Assembly: GCA_963704755.1 (NCBI GenBank)
Contig: OY969938.1
Location: forward strand, 1,980,001 to 2,012,000
Length of the DNA: 32,000 bases
Direction: 5' to 3'
From: an uncultured Chloroflexia bacterium
Lineage (GTDB): Bacteria > Chloroflexota > Anaerolineae > Anaerolineales > Anaerolineaceae
The first letter of the stretch is position 1, and each line of letters opens with the position of its first letter. Of the stretch, positions 15,693-23,106 are shown piece after piece. Both the position numbers and the translations under genes were made by a program. The notes below the pieces were generated by a model. The model did not search any database, was not told the origin of the DNA, and saw nothing but the letters and a program-made list of their open reading frames with translations.

Positions 15693-16436
15693 CTATCTTT
15701 TCCCCACGCGCATATAAATCTGCCAGGTCACCTGGCGAGGGCGGGCCGGATCGCCCCATAACCCGGCCAGGGGTTCCCAAATTTCTTCCAGGGGATGCCA
15801 GCCGGTCTGCTCCAGATAACGCTGCGAAGCTGACCAACTGGATAGAAACCCGCAGAATTGGTCCAGGGTCCAATCGGCCTGCATCCCCAGCGCAGGCGGT
15901 GCCACTTCTGCAAACGGGAAGGGCAGAGTGCGATAACTTTCGGCTACATAATGGTAGCGCTCGGGCCAGTAATCGGCCAACACCCGGTTGTGATAATCCA
16001 GGGTCACCTGGTCGATTTCGGGGCCGATGCGCGGGAAACTGTAGCCCCACACCGCCAGGGCTCCGCCTGGCTTCAACACTCGCTTGACTTCTGGGTAGAA
16101 GCGGTCGTGGTCGAACCAGTGCACGGCGATGGCTACCGTGACCAGGTCGCAGCACGCGTCCGGCAGGGCAGCCTTTTCGGCCGGGCCGACCTGGTATTCC
16201 ACCCCTGGGTGAGGCTGCGCCCGGCGGATCTGTTCCCGGCTGGCGTCGGTAGCAAAGACGCGCTCGAAGTGCGGCGCCAGCCCGATGGCGGCCTGGCCAT
16301 TGCCGGTGCCGCAGTCCCAGGCCAGCTCGTGGGCCGGGGTAAGCGAGGCCAGGTAAGCAAACAAGGCCGGCGGATAATGCGGGCGATAGCGGGAATAATT
16401 CCCGGCCAATTGCGAAAAATGGTCTTGAAAGCTCAT
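15693..16436 (-). CDS. Class I SAM-dependent methyltransferase
   Basis: ATG at 16436. The SAM-binding motif I is AWDCGTGNGQAA, followed by the Methyltransf_11-like LKPGGALAVW. There is a 4-nt ATGA overlap with the upstream LLM gene. Confidence 0.85.
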   Translation of the reverse strand: MSFQDHFSQLAGNYSRYRPHYPPALFAYLASLTPAHELAWDCGTGNGQAAIGLAPHFERVFATDASREQIRRAQPHPGVEYQVGPAEKAALPDACCDLVTVAIAVHWFDHDRFYPEVKRVLKPGGALAVWGYSFPRIGPEIDQVTLDYHNRVLADYWPERYHYVAESYRTLPFPFAEVAPPALGMQADWTLDQFCGFLSSWSASQRYLEQTGWHPLEEIWEPLAGLWGDPARPRQVTWQIYMRVGKR

Positions 16437-17428
16437 TTTATTTGCGGGGCTACCTGTCCGGCCAGCAGCCGGATGGTCTCTTCATCGGCCGCGTCGGAGG
16501 TCTGGACGACGAAATATTGGATACCGGCATCCGCCAGGCCCTGGTAACAACGCACAGCTTGCTCGGGGGTGGCCGCTACGGCAAATCCGCGCCAGGCTCC
16601 CGAAAAGCGCTGCTCGATCCCTTCGGGGAAATAGCGATGGACTTTCTCTGCCAGGCTGGCCTCGTCCGGGGCCAGGATCAACCAACCGGTCATATGGGTA
16701 CGCAGGATGGTCTCATACGGCCGGCCGATACGGTCGCAGTGCTGGCGTAGGATGGCCAGCTTCCGGCGCACATCATCCGGTGTGTGTACCCCGCTGGCGA
16801 AATCAAGAGCGGTAAAGTTGCAGGCATCGCCAAACTGAGCCACCTGGCGCAGGGTCGTCTTTTCACCGCCGCCGGCGATCAGGATCGGCGGGTGTGGTCG
16901 CTGCAGCGGAGCCGGCCGGACCTGGGCGTTAACCGCCTGAAAAGTCTGCCCCTTCAGGGTAAACGGCTCGTCTCCCCAGGCGCCCTGGATGATCGCCAGG
17001 GCTTCCTCCAGGCCGGCCTGGCGCTGCCGGGCGGGCTGGAAGGGCACCGACAGGCTGGCGAACTCCTTCTCATCCCAGCCGATGCCCAATCCCAGCAAGG
17101 CCCGCCCCTGGCTGAGGTTATCCAGATCGGCGGCCAGGCGGGCCAGCATGAGTGGGTGCCGGTAAAAGACGCAGTTGACGATCGAGCCGAGGTAAATGCG
17201 TTTGGTCAGCACCGCCAGGGCGGCCAGGTGCATCCAGGCGTCCAGTGAGCGGCTGGGGTGGTCGCCGGTGAAGAAGGCGTCCAGGCCGACCGCTTCGGCA
17301 AGCTGTCCGGCGGCCAGTAAATCTTCTTGGGGGGTCTGGCTGTTCCGCCGGGCAAAGGCTTGCAGCCCAAAGCTGATCCGGTCGCGGTGCGCCTCTACCC
17401 AGGGCGATACTTCCCATGAATTCGCCAT
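16433..17428 (-). CDS. LLM-class (luciferase-like) flavin/F420-dependent oxidoreductase
   Basis: I prefer the ATG at 17428 (MANSWEV..), which is preceded by AAGGAG. The tracked ORF start at 17467 is an upstream extension. Family-typical segments are LGLGIGWDEKEF and PPILIAGGGEKTTLRQVAQFGDACNF. Confidence 0.85.
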   Translation of the reverse strand: MANSWEVSPWVEAHRDRISFGLQAFARRNSQTPQEDLLAAGQLAEAVGLDAFFTGDHPSRSLDAWMHLAALAVLTKRIYLGSIVNCVFYRHPLMLARLAADLDNLSQGRALLGLGIGWDEKEFASLSVPFQPARQRQAGLEEALAIIQGAWGDEPFTLKGQTFQAVNAQVRPAPLQRPHPPILIAGGGEKTTLRQVAQFGDACNFTALDFASGVHTPDDVRRKLAILRQHCDRIGRPYETILRTHMTGWLILAPDEASLAEKVHRYFPEGIEQRFSGAWRGFAVAATPEQAVRCYQGLADAGIQYFVVQTSDAADEETIRLLAGQVAPQIK

Positions 17429-17471
17429 CGATGCTCCTTGGTGTGGTATTTTCCCCAATGTTACCACTGTG

Positions 17472-17703
17472 GCTGTTAGCTGTTAGCGATTAGCTCTTAG
17501 CTGTTGGCGGATTGCGGTAGGTTGGGTTGCGGGCTCATTTATTCCGCCGGCATGCGAAGAGGCTTTCGCTTTTACCGGGCTTTGCCCGTAACCCAACAAC
17601 AGGCGCCCGGCCGGCACGGGCCCGCCCTCACCCCAACCCCTCTCCCAAAAACGGGAGAGGGGCTAAGCTAATAGCCAAATGCTAACCGCTAACAGCTAAC
17701 AGC
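17472..17703. repeat. Nested-palindrome (MITE-like) element E1 with heptamer-repeat termini
   Basis: The 17-bp perfect terminal inverted repeat is GCTGTTAGCTGTTAGCG (17472-17488) paired with CGCTAACAGCTAACAGC (17687-17703). The termini are (GTTAGCN)n heptamer runs. An inner inverted repeat is GTTGGGTTGCGGGC/GCCCGTAACCCAAC. There is also an internal hairpin CCCCTCTCCC-aaaaac-GGGAGAGGGG. Confidence 0.75.
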
Positions 17704-17706
17704 TAA

Positions 17707-18045
17707 TCACTCCCTCCCCCGGGCGGCTTCGAACGCGGCCAGGCCGGCGGGGGTCATCCGGCCGGCCTGGATCAATTCCTCCGCCCGCCTCCGGTTATCC
17801 GTTGACCATTTGCTGGCCGCCTTGCGCGGAGTGAATTTGCGGGCGTAGCGCTGCTCATCCACCCTCCGGATCTGGCTGTCGATCCAGCCGAAACACAGGG
17901 CCTCGTCCACGGTCTCCAGGTAGTCCAGGCCCGGCCTGCCGCAGCCCTTCTTATAATAGACCAGCCAGACCTCACCGGCGGTGCCATGGTTTTGCTCCAG
18001 CCAGTCGCGCCAGGCGGCGATTGATTCAAAATCCAAAAGGGTCAT
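17707..18045 (-). CDS. YdeI/OmpD-associated family protein (bacteriocin-protection-like, DUF1801-related)
   Basis: 112 aa. The segments WRDWLEQNH..EVWLVYYKK..DEALCFGWIDSQIRRVDEQRYARKFTPRK..S.WS..N are characteristic of the family. ATG at 18045 has no obvious Shine-Dalgarno sequence, because the heptamer array abuts it. Confidence 0.8.
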   Translation of the reverse strand: MTLLDFESIAAWRDWLEQNHGTAGEVWLVYYKKGCGRPGLDYLETVDEALCFGWIDSQIRRVDEQRYARKFTPRKAASKWSTDNRRRAEELIQAGRMTPAGLAAFEAARGRE

Positions 18046-18267
18046 GTTAGCGGTTAGCTTTTAGCAGTTAGCTTTTGGCAATTAGCTTTTAGCAGTTAGC
18101 CGTTAGCGGTTAGCCTGGAGGTTGCGTTCAGCGGCGTTGGCACGAGCAATGCTATGGTTATACATAGGTTATAAACCTTCCCAGGGCTCTACGCCACAGC
18201 GGTTTTCCCTCACCCCAACCCCTCTCCCAGAAACGGGAGAGGGGCTAAGAGCTAAAAGCTAACCGCT
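18046..18267. repeat. Nested-palindrome (MITE-like) element E2 with heptamer-repeat termini
   Basis: Ten consecutive heptamers of the GTTAGCN type start at 18046. The 17-bp perfect terminal inverted repeat is AGCGGTTAGCTTTTAGC (18049-18065) paired with GCTAAAAGCTAACCGCT (18251-18267). It has the same internal motif as E1: CCTCACCCCAACCCCTCTCCCAGAAACGGGAGAGGGGCTAAG. Confidence 0.75.
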
Positions 18268-18628
18268 ACCCCCGCCCAAATTGCACCAACTCGATCAGGT
18301 TACCGGCCGGGTCATAAAACATGACCCAGCGCGAAGCCTGATCCTGCTCGATGCCCCAGGGCAGGTCGATATGGTTGGCGGTCAATTTTTCAACTGACTT
18401 ATCCAGGTTATCCACCTGGAATGCCACCACCGGGAAACGGGCCGGGGTCGCATCCTGGACCACGGCCGGCTTGCCCGAAAGGATCGTCAGGTAGCTGCCG
18501 CCCAGGTCGAAATGCGGGCGGTCGCCATGTTGAGGCAGCAGATACAACCCAATCACGTCCCGGTAAAAATGGGCCGTTTTCGGCACATCCTCGGCCCACA
18601 AACTGATTACGGCAAGGCGAGTACTCAT
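18266..18628 (-). CDS. VOC (glyoxalase/bleomycin-resistance/dioxygenase) family protein
   Basis: 120 aa. The layout is typical of single-domain VOC proteins (..VISLWAEDVPKTAHFYRDVIGL...FQVDNLDKSVEKL...RWVMFYDPAGNLIEL). There is a 4-nt start/stop overlap with psuG. Confidence 0.8.
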   Translation of the reverse strand: MSTRLAVISLWAEDVPKTAHFYRDVIGLYLLPQHGDRPHFDLGGSYLTILSGKPAVVQDATPARFPVVAFQVDNLDKSVEKLTANHIDLPWGIEQDQASRWVMFYDPAGNLIELVQFGRG

Positions 18629-19473
18629 TCGATCATCTCCAGTGCCTGCAAGATCTGGCAGCCCAACACCACGTTGTTCTGGATCAACTGAATATTGGCC
18701 GTCACCGTCTTACCGGCGGATAAATCGGCCATGCGGGACAACAGGAAGGGCGTTACCCCCTTGCCACTGATCCCGGCCGTTTGCAGATCGGCCAGAGCGC
18801 GGTCGCGCCAGACGTTGATTTCCTCTTCAGCGATTTCATATTCGGGCGGGATGGGGTTTAAGACCAGCAGCGCTCCAGGCAGGTTGTGCTGGCGGGCCGC
18901 GCTGTAAATCGCCGCGATTTCAGCGGCGTTTTCTACGCGCGGGATGGGCAGCCCACAGCTACGGGTATAAAAAGCCGGCATCGTGTCGGTCTGGTAGCCC
19001 ACAACCGTGACCCCGAAGGTCTCCAGCATCTCGGCCGTGCCGGGCAGGTCGAGGATGGCCTTCGGCCCGGCACTGATCACCACAACCGGCGTGCGCGAGA
19101 GCTCCAGGATATCCTGTGAGACGTCCCAGCGGCCCGGGTGTACCCCGCCGATCCCGCCGGTGGCGAAGACCGGGATGCCTCGTTCGGCCGCGATGCGCAT
19201 GGTAGCGCTGACCGTGGTGGAGGCCCACCTGCGCTGGGCGATTACGATCGGCAGCTCACGTACGCCGGCCTTGAGGACGTCCGCGTGGTCGGCCAGGGCG
19301 GTGATTTCGTCAGGCGTCAGTCCCACCCGCACCTCGCCGGCGATGATGGCGATGGTCTGCGGCTGGCAGTCCATTTTGCGCGCGGTTTCCTCCAGGCGCA
19401 TGGCCACTTCCAGGTTGGTCGGCTTGGGAAAGCCGTGGGTGATCAGGGTTGATTCGAGTGCAATTTTCTTCAT
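18625..19473 (-). CDS. psuG: Pseudouridine-5'-phosphate glycosidase
   Basis: ALESTLITHGFPKP, TIAIIAGEVRVGL, TTVSATMRIAAERGIPVFATGGIGGVH, VVISAGPKAILD, TAEMLETFGVTVVGYQTDTMPAFY, LVLNPIP and TPFLLSRM all match the PsuG/IndA family. The protein starts about 25 aa later than the E. coli enzyme as I recall it. Confidence 0.85.
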   Translation of the reverse strand: MKKIALESTLITHGFPKPTNLEVAMRLEETARKMDCQPQTIAIIAGEVRVGLTPDEITALADHADVLKAGVRELPIVIAQRRWASTTVSATMRIAAERGIPVFATGGIGGVHPGRWDVSQDILELSRTPVVVISAGPKAILDLPGTAEMLETFGVTVVGYQTDTMPAFYTRSCGLPIPRVENAAEIAAIYSAARQHNLPGALLVLNPIPPEYEIAEEEINVWRDRALADLQTAGISGKGVTPFLLSRMADLSAGKTVTANIQLIQNNVVLGCQILQALEMIE

Positions 19474-19477
19474 GGAT

Positions 19478-20161
19478 TCAGGCCAGCTTGCGGATGCGCA
19501 CTTCGATGCCCGGCTCGTTGGCCAGCAGTGCGGTCAGCCGGGAGGTATCGGTATCGCCGTAATGATACGGGTAGAGGATGGCCGGATGGAAATAGCGGGC
19601 CGCCTCGGCCGTCATTTCAGGCGTCATGGTATAGGGCAGGTTCATCGGCAGAAAGGCCACGTCGATATCCTGCAGGTCCTTCATCTCGGGGATATTCTCG
19701 GTGTCGCCGGCCAGGTAAACCTGACAATCGGCAAAGCTGAGCACATAGCCATTGCCGGACCCTTTGGGATGGTAAGGCAGACCGGGTTCGCGCATGTGAA
19801 CCAGGTTGTAGGCCGGCACCGCCCGTATTTTTACTCCCTTGACCGTGCCCTCGTCCCCGTTGTGCATCACCATCCCGCCGCTGATCTGTCTGGCGCAGGT
19901 TTCGGTCAGCACAAACTGGGTCTGCGGGGTACGGATAGGCGCCAGGGCATTCGGGTCGAGGTGATCGCCGTGCTCGTGGGTCAAAAAGACCACGTCCGCC
20001 GGCGGGAACCCCTTGAAATCAGCCACCCGGCTGAACGGATCGGCGTAGAAGTTCAGGCCATTGAATACAAATAACAAACTGGCGTGGCCGAAGAAATATA
20101 TTCGTAAATCTCCGCCCGCCGTTGGAAATACATCGGTTTCGTAAGCATCAAGAGCAGCCAT
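19478..20161 (-). CDS. MBL-fold metallo-hydrolase
   Basis: I prefer the ATG at 20161 (MAALDAYE..), 7 nt after AGGAGG. The tracked start at 20182 is a TTG. The metal-binding motif is LTHEHGDHLD. Confidence 0.8.
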   Translation of the reverse strand: MAALDAYETDVFPTAGGDLRIYFFGHASLLFVFNGLNFYADPFSRVADFKGFPPADVVFLTHEHGDHLDPNALAPIRTPQTQFVLTETCARQISGGMVMHNGDEGTVKGVKIRAVPAYNLVHMREPGLPYHPKGSGNGYVLSFADCQVYLAGDTENIPEMKDLQDIDVAFLPMNLPYTMTPEMTAEAARYFHPAILYPYHYGDTDTSRLTALLANEPGIEVRIRKLA

Positions 20162-20288
20162 GGACAAGCCTCCTGGACCCAATTATAGCCAAAACGGAGC
20201 AGCATTGCCGGTGTCATTGCCGGGTCACAATATTGATCTATAATGGTATCGTAACGCTCGACCATCCCACTCATGGTGATTTCAATTT

Positions 20289-21192
20289 ATGTCCAAGTTG
20301 TGTTCTTTGAGCGAGGCCATCCAACAATATGTCCACGATGGCGATAGTGTTTACGCCGCCGGGTTTACCCACCTGATCCCCTTCGCGGCCGGGCACGAGA
20401 TCATCCGCCAGGGCCGCAAGGACCTTACCCTGGCGCGGGCCACTCCCGACCTGCTCTACGACCAGATGGTCGCGGCCGGCTGCGCCCGTAAGATCATTTT
20501 CTCCTACATCGGCAACCCCGGCGTGGGCTCGCTGCGCACCGTCCGGGCCGAAATCGAGGCCGGCCGGCTGGAATGGGAGGAATATTCGCATTTCAGCATG
20601 ATCTCGCGCCTGCAGGCCGGCGCCAGCGGCCTGCCCTTTATTCCCATGATGCCCACCGCCGCCGGCGACCTGGAAAAAGCCAACCCCAACTTCCGCCGCA
20701 TCCGCGACCCATACACCGGCCAGGAAGTGGTCACCGTACCCCCGCTCCACCCGGACGTAGCCATTGTGCACGTCCAGCGGGCCGACCGCAGCGGCAATGC
20801 CCATATCTGGGGCATTATCGGCGAGCAAAAAGAGGCCGCTTTCGCCGCCAAACACGTCATCCTGACCGCCGAAGAGATTGTGGACGAAGAGGTCATCCGC
20901 TCGGACCCCAACCGCACCTTGATCCCCGAGTTCATCGTCTCGGCCGTATGTGCCGTGCCTTACGCCGCCCACCCCTCCTACACCCAGGGCTATTACGACC
21001 GCGATAACGATTTTTACCTGGAATGGGACAAGATCAGCGAGACACGCGAGTTCGACTCAGAAATGGCTGGACGAATGGGTGTACGGGGTCCGCGACCGGT
21101 ACGAATACTGGCAAAAATTGGGCAGCGAGACCCACGAACGCTTGAAAGTCAAACCCTATCTCAGCACCCCGGTCAACTATGGAGCCTATTGA
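20289..21192 (+). pseudogene. CoA-transferase subunit A (glutaconate/3-oxoacid family I) with an apparent +1 frameshift near 21048-21060
   Basis: The frame starting at 20289 gives family-typical sequence up to ..PSYTQGYYDRDNDFYLEWDKISETRE and then unconvincing sequence. The +1 frame (tracked ORF 20950-21192) continues with QKWLDEWVYGVRDRYEYWQKLGSETHERLK. It stops 1 nt before the subunit B ATG. Confidence 0.7.
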
Positions 21193-21193
21193 G

Positions 21194-21949
21194 ATGGAAT
21201 ACAAATCCTCCGAATTGATGACGGTCAATGCCGCGCGCCTGCTGCGCGATGGCGACAAGGTTTTCGTCGGTGTGGGCGTGCCCAACCTGGCCTGCAACCT
21301 GGCCCGCCGCACCCACGCCCCCAACCTGGTCATGATTTACGAAGCCGGGGTGATCGGCGCCCGGCCGGCCCGCCTGCCGCTTTCGATTGGCGACCCCACC
21401 CTGGTCTCGGGGGCGGCCTCGGTGTGCAGCATGTACGACATCTTCAGTTTTTACCTGCAGCGCGGCAACGTGGACGTGGGCTTCCTGGGCGGCGCTCAAA
21501 TCGACCGCTACGGCAACATCAACGCGACCGTGATCGGCGACTACGACCATCCCAAGGTGCGCCTGCCCGGCTCGGGCGGCTCGATGGAGATCGCGGCCTG
21601 GGCCAACCGCTGTTACATCATCACGCCGCATCAGAAGCGACGTTTCCCCGAGCGAGTCGATTTTCGCACCTCGGCCGGCTACCTGGACGGCGGCGATCAG
21701 CGCGAGCAGGCCCAGGTGCGCGGTAAGGGCCCCCAGGCGGTGGTGACCGACCTGGGCATCCTCGAGCCGGATCCGCAGGGAGAGCTGGTCCTGACGGCCC
21801 TCCACCCGGGCGTGACCGCCGAACAGGCCCGCCAGAATACCGGCTGGCCGTTGAAAGTCGCCGGCAGCCTGCGCACTACCGAACCCCCTACCGCCGAAGA
21901 GCTGCGCATCCTGCGCGAAGAGCTGGATCCGCAAGGGATTTATTTGTAG
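21194..21949 (+). CDS. CoA-transferase subunit B
   Basis: I prefer the ATG at 21194 (MEYKSSELMTVNAARLL..), 9 nt after GGAG and 1 nt after the frame-corrected subunit A stop. Family-typical segments are FVGVGVPNLACNLA, YEAGVIG and RLPGSGGSMEIA. Confidence 0.85.
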   Translation: MEYKSSELMTVNAARLLRDGDKVFVGVGVPNLACNLARRTHAPNLVMIYEAGVIGARPARLPLSIGDPTLVSGAASVCSMYDIFSFYLQRGNVDVGFLGGAQIDRYGNINATVIGDYDHPKVRLPGSGGSMEIAAWANRCYIITPHQKRRFPERVDFRTSAGYLDGGDQREQAQVRGKGPQAVVTDLGILEPDPQGELVLTALHPGVTAEQARQNTGWPLKVAGSLRTTEPPTAEELRILREELDPQGIYL

Positions 21950-21955
21950 GGGAAG

Positions 21956-21997
21956 GAGATTAGTGAAAAGAGATTAGAGATTAGGGAATAGGAATAT
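21956..21997 (+). repeat. Heptanucleotide short tandem repeat (GAGATTA-type, about 6 units)
   Basis: GAGATTA GTGAAAA GAGATTA GAGATTA GGGAATA GGAATAT lies directly after the CoA-transferase B stop. Confidence 0.7.
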
Positions 21998-22147
21998 GAG
22001 GTGGGGCAAGGGAATCGCGACCCTGCGAGATCACCGGTCAGAATTCGATACGGATGATGTAAAGCAAATCGTTATTTTGGGGTCCATTGCTCGAACCGAT
22101 GTTACCGGGTAGCGGGACCGCCATTTGCTTTCACTCCGAACAAGAAA

Positions 22148-23082
22148 GCAGCTAAAGCTGCACCTAAAAATGCACAAAGCCCCACCTTCGTGGGGCTCCC
22201 TTTTCAGCCTGGACGACACCAAACCTAATCTCACTCGGTGGTTCAATCTGGTGTTTGGCCGAAGCAGCTCGGGTTTCCAACCCGAGAAAACGCAGCCCGC
22301 CCAGAACCTTAGCAGTGAGAACGGCTCCCACCCAAAGAGAGACCCACGCAGGTGGGTCTTTGTGTTCTCGTAGGTGCAGCTTTTGCTGCCACTAGCCCAA
22401 TCAGAGGCACCAGCCAAGCCACAATCCATTCCCCTCCCCCTGCCCCTCCCCGCTCAATAGCGCCTGGGTCGGGCATTTCCTGGTTCGCGGGGAGGGGAGT
22501 GGATTTCAGAGGATAGGGGCCTCCGGCCCCTATCCTTCTGAATTTCTTCTCCCTCTCCCGGCGGATTACGCCGATCCGTAACCGGCGCTGGCCGCTGGGA
22601 GAGGGCCGGGGTGAGGGCATTTCTCCAGCCTGCCAGGCAATATTCCGGCTACGGGATCAGGCCCTTGCCAAAAGAGAGACCCACGCAGGTGGGTCTTTGT
22701 GTTCTCGTAGGTGCAGCTTTAGCTGCCACCGGCCAGGTCAGAGGCCCAAGCCAAGCCACAATCTATTCCTCTCCCCCAGCCCCTCCCCGCTCAATAGCGC
22801 CTGGGTCGGGCTTTTCCTGGTTCGCGGGGAGGGGAGTGGATTACGCCGATCTGTAACAAGCCCTGGCCGCTGGGAGAGGGCCGGGGTGAGGGCAATTCTC
22901 CAGCCTGCCAGGCAATATTCCGGCTACGGGATCAGGCCCTTGCCAAAAGAGAGACCCACGCAGGTGGGTCTTCGTGTTCTGGTAGGTGCAGCTTTTGCTG
23001 CCGCCGGCCAGGTCAATGCCCCATGGTTCAACCGCAGGGACTCCTAAGCCAAACGCTTTCCCGGCTTAGAAAGCCGGGCTCC
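22148..23082. repeat. Repeat array D: divergent mosaic hairpin array (units 337 and 275 bp) opened by an inverted diverged copy
   Basis: The GACCCAC hairpin recurs at 22341, 22678 and 22953. An inverted copy carrying a compensatory change (GCCCCAC-cttc-GTGGGGC) lies at 22179-22196. The inner modules differ from arrays A-C: a CCCCTCCCCGC..GCGGGGAGGGG hairpin, CAGAGGATAGGGGCC-TCC-GGCCCCTATCCTTCTG, and CCCTCTCCC..GGGAGAGGGCCGGGGTGAGGG. The array ends with a CCCGGCTTAGAAAGCCGGG module. Confidence 0.85.
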
Positions 23083-23106
23083 ATAATCAAACATGAATAT
23101 TCGCGC

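Noticed and set aside
3926-15700. I considered an integron-like cassette array, with hairpin repeats acting as attC-like sites that separate the reductase cassettes.
   Set aside because: There is no integrase, attI or Pc-like arrangement in the window. The cassettes carry their own regulators and promoters, and the repeats are tandem arrays rather than single imperfect palindromes. I kept only the weaker idea that the repeats serve as recombination substrates.
15584-16155. Two ORFs, 15584-16087 (+) and 15625-16155 (-), overlap the methyltransferase gene and repeat block C.
   Set aside because: They are Arg/Pro/Gly-rich shadow frames of the methyltransferase CDS that run into repeat sequence. 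The methyltransferase frame has the clear SAM-binding motif.
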